Counted from the whole stretch's first letter, positions 12,819-26,185 are shown. The stretch: 63,956 nt of DNA, filler included, from Chiloscyllium plagiosum (GCF_004010195.1; 3 parts of one record of this genome joined end to end with filler, not necessarily neighbours in it); one strand, 5' to 3'. Translations and numbers: made by a program. The notes: generated by a model not told the origin, from the sequence alone.

Positions 12819-15800
12819 TTCACTGTAGAAGTCTCCACAACTATCCCCAGCCTTAATGATGGAATTGGTCAACACATCAGTGCAAGGGAAAGGGCTGAAG
12901 CATTCGCAACAAACTTCAGCCAGAAGTGCCAAGTCAATGATCCATCTCAGCCTCCTCCAGTGGTCTCTACGAGAAGAGATGACAGTCTTCACCAATTTGA
13001 TTCGCTCGTCGTGATATCAAGCAATGACTGGAGACACTGAACGCTGCAAAGGCTACAGGCCTGGACAACATTTCGGAAATAGTACTGAAGATTTGTGCTC
13101 CAGAACTTGCTGTTCCCCTAGCTCTTCCAGTACAGTTACAACACTGGCAATTAATAGACAATGTGGAAAATTACCCAGGTATTTTCTGTACACAAAAAAC
13201 AGGATAAATCCAAGCCAGTCAATTCTAGTCTCAACGATCAGCAAAGTGATGAAAGATATCATCAACTGTGCTATCAAGCAGCAATAACCTGCTCAGTGAT
13301 GCCTAGTTTAGGTCCCACGAGGGCCACGCAGCTCCTGATCTTATTAGAGCCTCAGTTTAAACATGGACAAAAGAGGTTAGGCATTCCAGAGGTTAGGCGA
13401 AAGGGACAGTCCTTGATATCAAGGCCACATTTGACCAAGTGCGGCATCAATGAGCCCAAGCAAAACTGGAATCAACGAGTATCGGGGGCAAACTCTCTAC
13501 TGTCTTAAGTCATATAGTTTTAATTTTTTTATAATCAACCCGTTCAGAGACGTTTTTAGACACCTCTGAGGCAGGCAGGACAGATCTCAGGCATCCAGTT
13601 CCAGAGGTAAGGATACTGCCACTGCACCACAAGAGGGCCCAAAACCATACAGAATTATATTAAAATACCACTTCTGTGAAGGCACTACACTTGGCACCTA
13701 CGAGGATGGCCTTTGTTGTTGGAGATTAGTTATCTCAGCTTCAGGACATCTCTGCAGGAGATCTTTCAGGTAGCGCCCTAGGCTTAACCATCTTCAGCTG
13801 CTTCATCAATGACCTTCCCACCATAAAGGTCAGACGTGGGGGGTGTTTGCTGATGATTGTACTTCACCCTCAGGTACTCAAACAGTCCACATTCGAATGC
13901 AACAAGATCTGGACAATATCTAAGCTTGGACTGACAAGTGGCAAGTAATTTTCACAAACATAAATACCAAACAATGTCTCTTTTCGGAGACAGACAATCT
14001 AACCACCACTCCTTGACATTCAATGGTGTTACCACCACTGGGTTCCCCCACTATCACCATCCTTGGGGTAACCATTGACCAGAAACACAACTGGACTCAC
14101 TATATACATACAATAGCTACAAAAGCAGGTCAGAAACAAGGAAAACTGTGGTAAGTAGCTCACCACCTGACTCCCCGAAGCCTGTCCACCATCAACAAGG
14201 CATATGTCAGGAGTGTGACGGAATACTCTCCAATTGTCTGATAGGTGCAGCTCCAACATTAAAGAAGCTTGCCGCCATCCAGAATAAAGCAGCCCATTTG
14301 TTTGGTACCACATCCACAAGCATACTGATGCTCAGTAGCAGCAATGTGTACCATCTCCAAGATGGACTGCAAAAGTTCACCAAAGATCCTTAGACAGCAC
14401 CTTCCAAACCCATAACCACTTCCAAATAGAAGGACAAGGCCAACCAATACAAAGGAAAACCACTTACAACGTTCCCACATCCCACGAGTCAATAAAACAA
14501 AAGCAGCCACTTCAGTATGCAAGATCACAGCATTTAGCCAAAATTACTAGCGTCCTTAGTCTAAACAAACATGACAAAATCTAAAAGCTAATCATAAGAA
14601 CTTACTGATGGTCTCTAAGTGTTAGTAATCCAGGAATGTGCTTTGATTTTTAACTCTTGACAAAGTTTAGCTATTCACCAAATGTCACAATTAACCACTT
14701 CAACATGCTCAATTGCACCAATGAAATTTGAATGTATGCCAAACTATTTAATATAATAAAGGGCATTAACTTCACTGTAAAGCCGGAGCTTGTGTGCACA
14801 CCTACACAAAAATTTTTTTTGTGGCTTTACACAAACTTCACATGGATGGAGTGGAGGCCTTTATGATTAATCTGGTGTATTTGTGAACGTTGGGTACACA
14901 GATTACCATGCATATGTAAAGATTATACCCTGTACCTTCAAAACCAAGCGAGAGACCCGAGTTCCGGCATCATCATGGGCAAGGTTCACATAACCACCAG
15001 TTCCGGCAAACAACCATCAGTCATTTGATCTATGCAATTGTGGACTGCCATTTGGGAGATTCTGAATGTCTATCTGTCAAAATCCTCGAAGGATCCAGAA
15101 GCAAAGAAAACAAAGGGTGGCTTTTGTTACTTTTAAAATGTGGCTAAGTCAAACAGGTCATAGATCTTTTCGGAAGTGCAGAAACTGACGTGACAATATG
15201 AGCCACCTGAAACACTGGTGCTCTGACACACCAAGAAAATTCACCTTTTGCTTGCCTGAGATTTGGTTGGTGCCTCTTACAGGCAGTCCTCCAAACTGCA
15301 GGGTCTGCTAGTCATAATGCTGCTCATCAGAGGTCAAGACTGGATTAACCAAGGTGCACCCACACAGATGCTACTCAGAAAACCTACCAAACTCTCAAAA
15401 GTTATTCATCCACTCACAAGAAAGCAACTGTGAAGAGTAAATATTTATTGATGCATTGTCACGTGTTTTAAACCTGCTTCATCAACGGACATTGTGTTGT
15501 TGCCTTGCTTTTAAAATGTCAAGTTTCAGAATGCCTGGGACACCTGTAGATGCAGCATGAGGTTTAAAAGTGTATTCAAATGTCACTCAAATTGCATGAC
15601 TACCATAAGCTAATAAGCAACACACCTCTCCCAAGGGGATTACATGCAAACAGCTAGTGCGCTCACCTTAAACAGAATCAATAGTTTGATTGCATCTTCA
15701 GCACTTGCATCTTCAGCTTTTTAACCTACACTCAAAACTCTAGTATAAAAGTTTTCCTCCTCACATCACTATCTCTTCACCTGCCCAATTAATCAGTTTC

Positions 15801-16013
15801 GCAGCTCGGATATTTTAATAAAAATAGAAAGTTTAGATTCATTTAAACTGAAATGCCACCCAACAAAATCTGCACACAAATGCTTCATGGTCACTATCAC
15901 TACGGAACACACTATACTTGGGTGAATGTTGAGCAGCTTGATTTTTTTTTAATGTCTGCATATAAATAGCACATCAGAATGCATTACACTCAGTAAGCAT
16001 GTAAGTATTTCTA

Positions 16014-16118
16014 GATAAAAACAATGACTGCAGATGCTGGAAACCAGATTCTAGATTAGTGGTGCTGGAAGAGCACAGCAGTTCAGGCAGCATCCGAGCA
16101 GTAAAATGGACATTTCGG
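16014..16118 (-). mobile_element. PLE family A pLTR end running into an assembly gap
   Basis: actgcagatgctggaaaccagattctagattagtggtgctgg...gacatttcgg followed by N. Confidence 0.75.
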
Positions 16119-16618
16119 NNNNNNNNNNNNNNNNNNNNNNNNNNNNNNNNNNNNNNNNNNNNNNNNNNNNNNNNNNNNNNNNNNNNNNNNNNNNNNNNNN
16201 NNNNNNNNNNNNNNNNNNNNNNNNNNNNNNNNNNNNNNNNNNNNNNNNNNNNNNNNNNNNNNNNNNNNNNNNNNNNNNNNNNNNNNNNNNNNNNNNNNNN
16301 NNNNNNNNNNNNNNNNNNNNNNNNNNNNNNNNNNNNNNNNNNNNNNNNNNNNNNNNNNNNNNNNNNNNNNNNNNNNNNNNNNNNNNNNNNNNNNNNNNNN
16401 NNNNNNNNNNNNNNNNNNNNNNNNNNNNNNNNNNNNNNNNNNNNNNNNNNNNNNNNNNNNNNNNNNNNNNNNNNNNNNNNNNNNNNNNNNNNNNNNNNNN
16501 NNNNNNNNNNNNNNNNNNNNNNNNNNNNNNNNNNNNNNNNNNNNNNNNNNNNNNNNNNNNNNNNNNNNNNNNNNNNNNNNNNNNNNNNNNNNNNNNNNNN
16601 NNNNNNNNNNNNNNNNNN
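16119..16618. other. Assembly gap (500 N)
   Basis: Run of N. Confidence 1.
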
Positions 16619-17535
16619 GGTCAAGCGTCTTCTAAAAACTCAAATAGTTCACTCCCATTGGATCTCAATTGTCGAAGGAACAATGCACAATCTCCACAAA
16701 AAGGTTCATCGACGACCATTTCCCTTTCCTGAATCTCGGCCGATTCTACCAAACCATATCATTATTTTCCAAGTGTCTAGTTGTCATGTTCCTTATAAAA
16801 GGTTCCAATGATTTTTTTTTCTCACAGCTGACATCAAGCTATTTAGTTTTATGTTTTCCCTCTTCGTCCTGTTTTAAATATTTATGTTTTCAATAGCTGC
16901 TTTTCAGTCAGCAGGATCCTTTCCAGAATCTAACCAGCTTTGAAGAATTATAAATATTTTTTTCACTAGCTCTGTTTTCATCTCCGCAATACTCTGGGAT
17001 GTAACTCATCAGATGCAGCAACTTATGAAACTTCAGTTCAATTAGATTTCCAAAAGAATAACCTGCATTAATTCTAAGTTCCTGCATTTCCTCATTTTCA
17101 CCAGTCCCACTTCTCTCTTGTATATCTGGAAGTTGGTTTCTGTACCTTCTCCTGTGGAGATGGAATCAATGCATTCCTCTCAGCAGGCGGTGGCTTCTGT
17201 CATCTCGTTATACATACTTCAGAGATGGTGAATACATTACCCACTCCTGCCTGGAAAGTTCCAGAATTAAAACAGGTAAATCCATGGTGAAAGAAAGCAC
17301 AGTCCTGTCCCTGGTGTGAGGCTACAGGTTACACTGAAGGAGGGACACAGCTCAGTGAGCACCTCATCTTTGAAACAAGCTGGTTTCACACATTACACCT
17401 GAATGGGTCCAGCTTAGACAAATCTTCCTGGAAATCCCAGGAAGGAACGTGCAGTGCTTTGCTCCTCCTTGTTTCCAGAGCTCCACATCTGTGTAGTCTT
17501 CGCTAAATTTGTTTACCATGGACCCAGACACGCTG

Positions 17536-18224
17536 NNNNNNNNNNNNNNNNNNNNNNNNNNNNNNNNNNNNNNNNNNNNNNNNNNNNNNNNNNNNNNNNN
17601 NNNNNNNNNNNNNNNNNNNNNNNNNNNNNNNNNNNNNNNNNNNNNNNNNNNNNNNNNNNNNNNNNNNNNNNNNNNNNNNNNNNNNNNNNNNNNNNNNNNN
17701 NNNNNNNNNNNNNNNNNNNNNNNNNNNNNNNNNNNNNNNNNNNNNNNNNNNNNNNNNNNNNNNNNNNNNNNNNNNNNNNNNNNNNNNNNNNNNNNNNNNN
17801 NNNNNNNNNNNNNNNNNNNNNNNNNNNNNNNNNNNNNNNNNNNNNNNNNNNNNNNNNNNNNNNNNNNNNNNNNNNNNNNNNNNNNNNNNNNNNNNNNNNN
17901 NNNNNNNNNNNNNNNNNNNNNNNNNNNNNNNNNNNNNNNNNNNNNNNNNNNNNNNNNNNNNNNNNNNNNNNNNNNNNNNNNNNNNNNNNNNNNNNNNNNN
18001 NNNNNNNNNNNNNNNNNNNNNNNNNNNNNNNNNNNNNNNNNNNNNNNNNNNNNNNNNNNNNNNNNNNNNNNNNNNNNNNNNNNNNNNNNNNNNNNNNNNN
18101 NNNNNNNNNNNNNNNNNNNNNNNNNNNNNNNNNNNNNNNNNNNNNNNNNNNNNNNNNNNNNNNNNNNNNNNNNNNNNNNNNNNNNNNNNNNNNNNNNNNN
18201 NNNNNNNNNNNNNNNNNNNNNNNN
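17536..18224. other. Assembly gap (689 N)
   Basis: Run of N. Confidence 1.
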
Positions 18225-18940
18225 CCCATTCACCTTTCCCTCCTCACTGTCCAAGACCCCAAACATACCTTCCTGGTGAAGTAGCATTTCACTTTTACTA
18301 TTTCAATCCGGTCTCCTGTCATTGCTGCTCACAATGCTGTCTCCTTTACACTGTGGAGACCAAATAGAGACTGGTTCGAGTACCACTTTCACTCTGTCTG
18401 TAGGAATAACCCTGTGCCTCTCATTTCAATAACCGACCTTGCACTCATCCTAACATTTCGGTCCTAGCTGCTGCAATGTTCCAGTGAAACACTACCCAAG
18501 CTCGAGTAACACAAAACTTTACACTTTGATGTGTCACAGCCTGCAGGGGTTAATACACAATTCCAAATTCACAGCCTGATTCCATTATGGCTGTTCTCCA
18601 TTTTTCATATATTCTACTCCCTGGCATCCCAATGATCTCGTCTGTGTCTTTTTTTTATCCTGCACTCAATAGAGACAACCCATTTCTGCCATCCACACTT
18701 TAATTTACACCAATGTTATATCTTTTCTCTTTCACCACATTTAAAAGCCCATCCCTTTGTGCCATTGCATCTCCACATGCTCTGTTTCCTATCATCCCTC
18801 GTCCACTTTTGCCAAGGCATTAAGCAGCCCTTTTCAGTTCTGAACAAGGACCACGCTGGACTTGAAACACTATCTTTGTTTCTCTGTCTCCACAGATGCT
18901 GACAGATATGCTGAGGTTCTCCAGAAATTTCTGGTTTTGG
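18225..18940 (+). mobile_element. Old PLE family B 3' fragment (GIY-YIG plus pLTR)
   Basis: CSQCCLLYTVET (degenerate C..C.LLYIGET) at ~18323-18360; decayed hammerhead at ~18837-18872. Confidence 0.7.
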
Positions 18941-19179
18941 ACATGTTCAAAGGTATATGTCAAAGCTGCTCAAATGTCCTGACCCACTTGGATTGCCGTA
19001 CTCTGGGAAGTGAAAAATAACAAAAGATGCACACATATCTTGGTTCTGAAACTACATAAGACTGGAATCACTGACACTACAGAGTTCATATTAGAAGCCA
19101 TGGAGAGAACAGAGTGAAGCACATTCAATTTAAACACCGAAAATGGCATAACTGCAAGGGGATTACGTTCAGATGAATG

Positions 19180-19445
19180 TTAGAATTAGAATCGCCACAG
19201 TGTGGAAACAGGCCCTTCAGCTCAACAAGTCCACACCAATCCTCTGAAGAGTAAACCAAGCACACCCATTTTCTTATCCTATATTTACCCCTGAATAATG
19301 CACCTAACCTGGAAATTTTGGGGTTGTGGGAGGGAACCAAAACACTCAGAAGAATCCCACAGGGAGAATGTGCAAGTACCACAAAGACGGTCGCTGGAGG
19401 ATGGAATCAAACCTGGGTGAATATGAAAATGGAAGTGCTACCACA
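19180..19445 (-). mobile_element. HE1 SINE, diverged
   Basis: ggaaacaggccc tail and gggagaatgtgcaa V-domain on the minus strand. Confidence 0.8.
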
Positions 19446-19914
19446 TCAGAAACCAGAGTAGCTCACAGAGTACGGATCAATGCGTCTCGGTATGAATTGG
19501 GCGACAGACATCAGAATTGCATTGCAGAAACTGCAGCTCAAACCCGGGAATTCATGTAATAGTGTAGATCACAGTTGGACAGAAGGAGAATTGTACTGAG
19601 TCACAATCTGTAACTTTTTGTCCAGGATAATTCCTCAGTCCATTATTCCCATTAAGCTGAATGATGTTTCAGTCACGAGTGTAGGTGAACATACCAGGGT
19701 CAGAGACGTGTGTACCTAAAACTGATGACAAAGCATTTAAAGCTACCACACTTGACTACTCACTTACATTGCAAACAGCAGGACTAACATCTGATAGAGA
19801 GGACGAAATGATTACAAAGCAAACAGATCAGATCGAAGCTCTGCAGTCTTGCCACAGCCAGTTAGAAATGGAGCTGAACTATGTAGCAACTGACGAAAGA
19901 AGAGGACTCCACAA

Positions 19915-20255
19915 ATTTTTTTTAATAAAAATGTTCAATGGGATTAGTGTGTCGCTTGGTAGGTCATCATTTATTGCCCAGAGGGTAGTTAAGAGTCAAA
20001 CACATTGCTGTGGGTGTGGAGGTACAAGTAAGCCAGAGCAGGAATGAATGGCAGTTTCCTTCCCGAAAGGGCATCTGCGAACAAGATGGGTTTCCCACAC
20101 AATCAGCAACTGTTTCATGATCATCATTAGACTCTTAATTCCAAACATTTATTGAATTTGAATTCCATCATTTGCTGTGGCAGTATTCGAACTCAGGTCA
20201 CATGAGCATTGCCTGGGTCGCTAGACTAACAGCTCAATACCACTAGGTTATTACT
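19915..20255 (-). mobile_element. tRNA-related SINE family B
   Basis: Reverse complement of the 8690-9048 family, within a LINE B relic (~19750-20710). Confidence 0.7.
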
Positions 20256-20739
20256 TTGCCATTCCGCGAAAGAATGGAACATTGCTGCACATCAGTGTAA
20301 AAGACAGTATGCAATGTCTGCACCATCCACAGCCAGAAGTGTTCCTTAGATGATGCCCACAGAATCACAGATGCCAGTCTCCAACCAATTCGATTCGCTG
20401 CACCTCACATGAAGAAAGAGCTGAACACAGTAGGTACGAAAAAGGCATTGGGCCCTGACACCATTCTTGCAATAGGACTGAAGACTTGTGCTGCATAACA
20501 AGCCGTGACCATGGGGAAACTGTTTCATTCCAGCTCCAACTCTGACATCTCCCTGGCAACGTGGAAAATTCCTCAACTATGTCCAGTCTCTTAAGAGAAG
20601 AATCATTACAATCTGACAATTTACCACCCCCTCAGTCCCGTCACGATAGACAAAATGGTGTGAGTTATTTTTGACAGAGCTATCAAGCAGCACATAAATT
20701 ATCTGCTCAGTGTGGTTTCCGATTGGTCCCCATGTGGAA

Positions 20740-21170
20740 ATGGTGCTGTTGTGGAAATGTCACTTGATTACCAATCCCGACCAGGCTAATGCTCTGGCAG
20801 CTGGTGGAAGTTCAAATCAACTAATAAGATATCAAAATCTAAAATCTGCTGTCAGTAACAGTGACCTTGAAGCCAATGTCGATTGTAAACACCAATTGCC
20901 TTCCCAATGTGCTTTCAGGCAGTGAATCTCCCCTGCTTTCCTGTTCTGGCCTAAAAGTGCCTCCAGACGACAAACATGTGGAAAACTCTTCAACGATCTC
21001 TAAAATGCCAAGCAAGACATTCTATTGTATCAAACTGTTCCGAGCCCTTAATGAATAAAATTGGACAGTACACCCAGCACCAGTCTCGGTATCAGAAACG
21101 GGAATGGGAACACAGTCCTGTTGATCCAGCAGATGCCTCCTTCCTAACAGCTGAGAGCTTGTGACACATT
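20740..21170 (+). mobile_element. 5' end of LINE B (SINE-like head continuing into the APE start)
   Basis: Head/core as in SINE B, then aattggacagtacacc...ctgttgatccagcagatgcctccttcctaaca, colinear with 11480-11590. Confidence 0.6.
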
Positions 21171-21329
21171 TACAGAGTTTTCCCACAGACTGCACAGAAA
21201 CATCGGGAAAGGAGTAGGTCATCCAACACATTGACCCTCCCCCATTCTAGTTTTTGGTCTAACATCTCTTCAATTTTTTTCACAAACATTGCATACTGTC
21301 TATCCTTTGAAGTGATTAAGTATTGGAAC

Positions 21330-22535
21330 CATATGAATTAGGAACTTCGGTCCATCAATTTTGCTTGCCATTCAATATTTCGGTGGTTGATCCTTTCTCC
21401 CCACACCAAACTTCTGCTGCAACCTTGTCCCTTTAGGGTCAAGCAATACTTAACGAAATTCAGTGCCTTGGCTTCCACAGGCTTGTGTAGCATATAATTC
21501 CCAGATTCACCAGTCTATGAGTTCAGACATTTATTCTCACCTCAATGCCGAATGACCTGACCGTACCTAATACTGTGGCCGCTTGTTTTAGACGTCCCAG
21601 CCAGGTGCATTATCATCCCTGCTTCCAATATATATCGCCCTGTCAGAGTATTATATATCTCACTGAGATCTCCACTCATTTTTCTAAACCACATGGAATA
21701 CAGACTCAGTCGCCCCAAACTCTGCTCCCACAACAAGTTTGTCATCATAGACATCAGTCTGGTCATTCTTTGATACTCTCCCTCAATGTCAGGTTTGTCC
21801 TTTTTTTAGGTAAGGAGACCAAAACTGCACACAGTACTGCACAATATTCGAGATGGAGTCTCACCAAGGTCATGTGCAGCTGCAATAAGATACCCTTGTT
21901 CCTGAACTCAAATTCCCTGGAAATGAAGGTCAACACATCACTTACCTTCCTAACCGCTTTCAGTTGCTCCAATAATGCTTTCAGTGACTGGTGTACAGGG
22001 AGATCCAGATCCTTTTCAATGTTACATATACCCACTTGGTGGGTATTGATGTCTGGCTTCAGAATTCACTGCTGTGAATGGACCTCAGAGTTCGGTGAAG
22101 ACGTCAACAAAAGTATGCATGTTGGTATCTTCACAGATCAACATTTTCACATCAATTTCTTTTAAAATGCTAGCCTGATATTATAATTTTCCAACCAAAA
22201 TGTTCAGTGTTACGTCCATCCACATTGCTGTTCATCTGCCACGTATTTGCCCATTCCCTCCACGTGTCCCAATTACCTTGAACTTCTTTACATTCACCTC
22301 ACCCAATCAATTCTCAGTTTTGTGCCATCAGCAGATTTTGAAACATTACATTTAGTACCCTCGAGCAGATGTTTAATCTGCTTCCTGAATAGATGGGTGG
22401 CAAACATCAATTCCGGGATCATCCTGGTCGTAATTGCTTTCCACTCCAAAAAAAGGAACTGCTTATTCTGACTCACTTTTTCTTTTAGCTCTCTATCATG
22501 TTCAACCCATGCCAGTATATTAGATCTCACTGTTG
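21330..22535 (-). mobile_element. Old CR1 LINE 3' part
   Basis: LLQLHMTLVRLHLEYC and VSKSADGTKL motifs on the minus strand. Confidence 0.8.
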
Positions 22536-22541
22536 CACACT

Positions 22542-23690
22542 GTTATGGGCCAGGACAGACCAGAAAGCCATTTCAAGGAAGTAGTGTAGACTCAAACTTT
22601 GTTTGTTGCCTTAAGCAGATGTAAGGCAGATATTCCAGGAGTGACGCAGCTGGTCAAACCACTTAGTTTGAATTAAAACAGAATTTACTTTCAAGGTTAC
22701 GGAATGAAACACAAACAGAAAGGAATAGCATGCAAAATAACAACCTATCCGAAAACCCAACAGATTATCCTAACTTAATGATGTTAGCAAATTAAATTCG
22801 TAAGGAATGGGTACATGGGAAGACCAAGAACTGACTTTCAATCCAGCCTACAAAAATGTAGGGCATTACTGTGTAACATGATTAGGGATGACAATACCAA
22901 GAGACAGCCAATTAGAAACCATATCCATGCTACTAGTTCCACAGTAAGTAGAACTAAAGAGACTATTCCCAGCTTTTGTCATTTTAAAGTTTTATAAATA
23001 AATATTAAAAAATATTAAAAGTTGGCAAATCAACTAATCTTCCAGGTGAAGCTTTCTGGTCTTCAGTAGCACTCCACTTCTCAACTGAGAATCTGAAAAT
23101 GGTTGAAAGCCATTTAAATGTGGTACCGTTTCACAGTGATTAGCATGCTGCCTCACAGCGCCAGGGACCCGGGTTCAATTCCAGCCTCAGGCAACTGTAC
23201 GTGTGGAGTTTGCACCTTCTCCCCGTGTCTGTGTGGGTTTCCTCCGGGTGCTCCGGTTTCCTCGCACAGTCCAAAAATGTGCCGGTTAGCGGAATTGGCC
23301 ATGCTGAATGCACGTAGTGTTAGGGGAAGGGGTAAATGTAGGCAAATGGATCTGGATGAGTTGCTCTTTGGAGGGTCGGTGTGGACTTGTTCGGCCAAAG
23401 GACCTGTTTCCACACTGTAAGTAATCTGTATCTAAATAATCTAAGGTGTTGTTCGAAGTACTTGAAACAATCCGCATAAACACCCCATGGAAAATTCGAA
23501 AGGAAAAAGCAAACCCAGGCTCTTCCAGGAGAGATATCAGAGAGAGGGGGGATCAGCATGGACCTTCTTCTTTGGCCTGATAGCTTCACAACTGGCTGCC
23601 TGCTTTTAGTAAACAGCCAGTCTGTGAGAAATCAGGCCAAACAAATCAAAGCAGAGGGTCTGCGCTGGGAGAACTGGCCACTCCCCTTTC
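22542..23690. mobile_element. Probable LTR fragment interrupted by ~22790-23445
   Basis: Begins TG (tgttatggg), no ORF, LTR-like composition; family not identified. Confidence 0.3.
23120..23440 (+). mobile_element. HE1 SINE
   Basis: Head, V-domain and cctgtttccacactgtaag tail. Confidence 0.9.
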
Positions 23691-25920
23691 ATAAGAACAG
23701 AAGGACAAGGGGCAGGAGTAAGCCATCTGGTCCGTCTAACCTGCTCAGCCATTCTGTAACATCAAGGCTGATCTACTCGTGGACTCATATCCACCTACCC
23801 ACGCACTCACCGTATCCGTAATTTACTTCATTGTTCAAAACATATCTATCTCAGCTTGAAAAACAATTACTGAAGTAGTGTTAACTACTTCACTGAGCAG
23901 GGAATTCCATAGAATTACAAGCCTCTGGGTGAAAAGGTTTTTTCTTAATTCAATCCTAAATCTGCTCCCTCTCATATTGAGGTTATTCCATCTTGTCCTA
24001 GCTTCACCTGCCAGTGGAACCATCCTCTCTACTTTTTTCTTACGTCATCCCTTAAGAATATTTTTTATGTTTCTATAAGATCCTCCCCTCATTCTTCTAA
24101 ATTCCAATGAATATAATGCTGATGTACTCTGTGTCTCCTCATAAGACACCCCCCTCAACTCCAGAATCACCAGAGTGAATCTCCTCTGCATCACCTCCAC
24201 TGGCAGTACATCGCTTTGCAAGTAAGGAGGCCAGAACTGCTCACAATACTCTAGGTATGACCTCACCAGCACCCTGTACGGCTGCAACATAACCGCCCTG
24301 CTTTTAAATGCAATGCCTTTCGCAATAAAGAACAAAATACCATTTACATTCCTAATTACTTGATGTACCTGCAGATCAACCTTCTGTGATTCATGCACAA
24401 GGACAAACAGGTCCCTCTGCACAGCAGCATGCTGCATCGTTTTACAATTCACGTAATAATCCTTTTTACTGGTACTCCTAACAAAATACATTACTTCATA
24501 TTTATTAACATTGTATTCCATCTGCCAGACCTTTACCCATTCATGCAATGTAACTATTTTCCTCTGCAATGTTTCACAGTACTCTGCACACTTTGCTCTG
24601 CCGCTCATCTTCGTGCCATCTGCAAACTTTGACAAACTACGCATGCTCCCAACTCCAAATCATCGATATAAATTGTGAATAATTGCAACCCCAACACTGA
24701 TCCCTGAGGCACACCACTCAGCACTGATTGCCAGCCAGGATAACACTCATTTATACCCACACTTTGCTTCCTGTTAGTCACCCAATATTTTATCCATGCG
24801 AATACTTCAGCCGTAACGCCATCCATCTTTATCTTATGCAGCAGCCTACAATGTGGCACCCTGTCAAAGCCTTTTTCAAACCTAGATACACCACATCCAC
24901 TGCGGCCTCGTTGTCTATCTTGCTCGTAATGTCTTCGTAGACTTCCAAAAGACTTGTTAAGCATGATCTGCATTTCATGCATCCTTGCTGCATCTGTGCA
25001 ATGGGCCGTTTTCTATCAAAATGCCTTGCTATTTCTTCCTTGATAATACAGTCAAAGCATCATCCCCACTACTCAGATTAAGTTAACTGGTTTATAATTC
25101 CCAAACTTTTATCCACCTGCCTTTTTCAACAATGGCGTCTCATTTGCTGTTTTTCAATCTGCTGGGACTGCTCCAGAGTTCAGCAGATTTTAGAAAATTA
25201 CCGTAAGTGCACTTGTTATTTCTCCAGCTATCTTTTTAGTACCCTGGGATACATTACACCAGGGCCAGGCGATTCGTCTACCCTTAGCTCCATTAGCTTG
25301 CCCAATGCTACCTCCTCTGTAATAATCATTGTTCACAAGTCCTCACCTACCCTCATCTCTTTGGTAAAAACAAGGACTGCAGATGCTGGAAACCAGATTC
25401 TAGATTAGAGTGGTGCTGGTAAAGCACAACAGTTCAGAGCATTCCTGATGAAAGGCTTTTGCTCGAAACGTCGATTTTTGTGCTCCTCAGATGCTGCCTG
25501 AACTTCTGTGCTTTACCAACACCACTCTAATCTAGACTCTTCATCTCTTCATCAATCACAGGCATGTTATTTGTGTAGTTCACTATGAAGACTTATACAA
25601 AGTACCTGTTCAATGCCTCAGCCATTTCATCATATCCGATAACTAAACGCTCCTTCTTACCCTCTCAAGGGTCAACATTTAAGTTAGCCACTTATTTTCA
25701 TTTTATATATTTAGGGAATCATCTGCTATCTGTCTTCATGTACTGTGCTAGATTTTTTTTTCTCGTGTGCTATCCTACTTTTCTTTATAGCTCTTTTCGT
25801 GGCTTTCTGTTGGCCTTTAATCTTTTCCCAATCTTCTAGGTTCCTGCTGTTCTTGGCCATTTTGCATTCCATCTCTTTCAATTTGATAACCTTGCGTATT
25901 TGCCCACCCACGACAGATTT
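23690..25920 (-). mobile_element. CR1 LINE, decayed ORF2, runs to scaffold end
   Basis: LSKFADGTK, YRVLVRSYLEYCEQFW and [21 protein letters not shown]. Confidence 0.92.
25362..25540. mobile_element. PLE family A fold-back mini element, 9-bp TSD
   Basis: TSD tcatctctt at 25353-25361 and 25541-25549; inverted arms ctagattagagtggtgctggtaaagcac / gtgctttaccaacaccactctaatctag around CTGATGA...GAAACGTC (25445-25472). Confidence 0.85.
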
Positions 25921-26020
25921 NNNNNNNNNNNNNNNNNNNNNNNNNNNNNNNNNNNNNNNNNNNNTTAATTAATTAANNNNNNNNNNNNNNNNNNNNNNNN
26001 NNNNNNNNNNNNNNNNNNNN
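25921..26020. other. Artificial scaffold linker
   Basis: Exactly N44-TTAATTAATTAA-N44; the 12-mer has stops in all six frames; identical to 52850-52949. Confidence 0.95.
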
Positions 26021-26185
26021 ACACCCGCTCGCTGCCATCCCTGTATCCCCTTCTCCCTCCCCCTATGCCCGCTCACCACTGTCTCTGCTCTGCTCCAGGT
26101 CACTGGCTGTACCCTCCTCCCCCTGTCCCCAGGCCCACTTGTCACCATCCCTGCTCTGCTCCTGGCCGCTGGCTGTACCCTCTCT
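26021..26185. repeat. Degenerate C-rich minisatellite at scaffold start
   Basis: ctgctctgctcc.gg.c.ctggctgtaccctc recurs about 65 bp apart. Confidence 0.55.

Larger units (their letters stand above)
10638..14500 (+). mobile_element. CR1/L2-group LINE family B with tRNA-like 5' head, decayed; hosts a PLE (10768-11335) and an HE1 SINE (12493-12818)
   Basis: APE start LLTNVWGLVPK...DIAILTESY at ~11560, GDFNVH at ~11910, LDLILTN, RT FSCFINDLP...FADD at ~13790-13860, 3' tail cccacatcccacgagtcaataaaa. Confidence 0.8.

Noticed and set aside
17180..17276. Possible + strand exon (ctctcag...aacag|gtaaat)
   Set aside because: No recognisable protein and no partner exons; flanked by repeat and gap
15974..18287. 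Long ORFs (200-300 aa) spanning 16119-16618 and 17536-18224
   Set aside because: They are open only because they cross runs of N
25965..25976. TTAATTAATTAA palindrome as a regulatory or piggyBac-type site
   Set aside because: Centred in exactly 44 N on each side and repeated at 52894; an artificial linker
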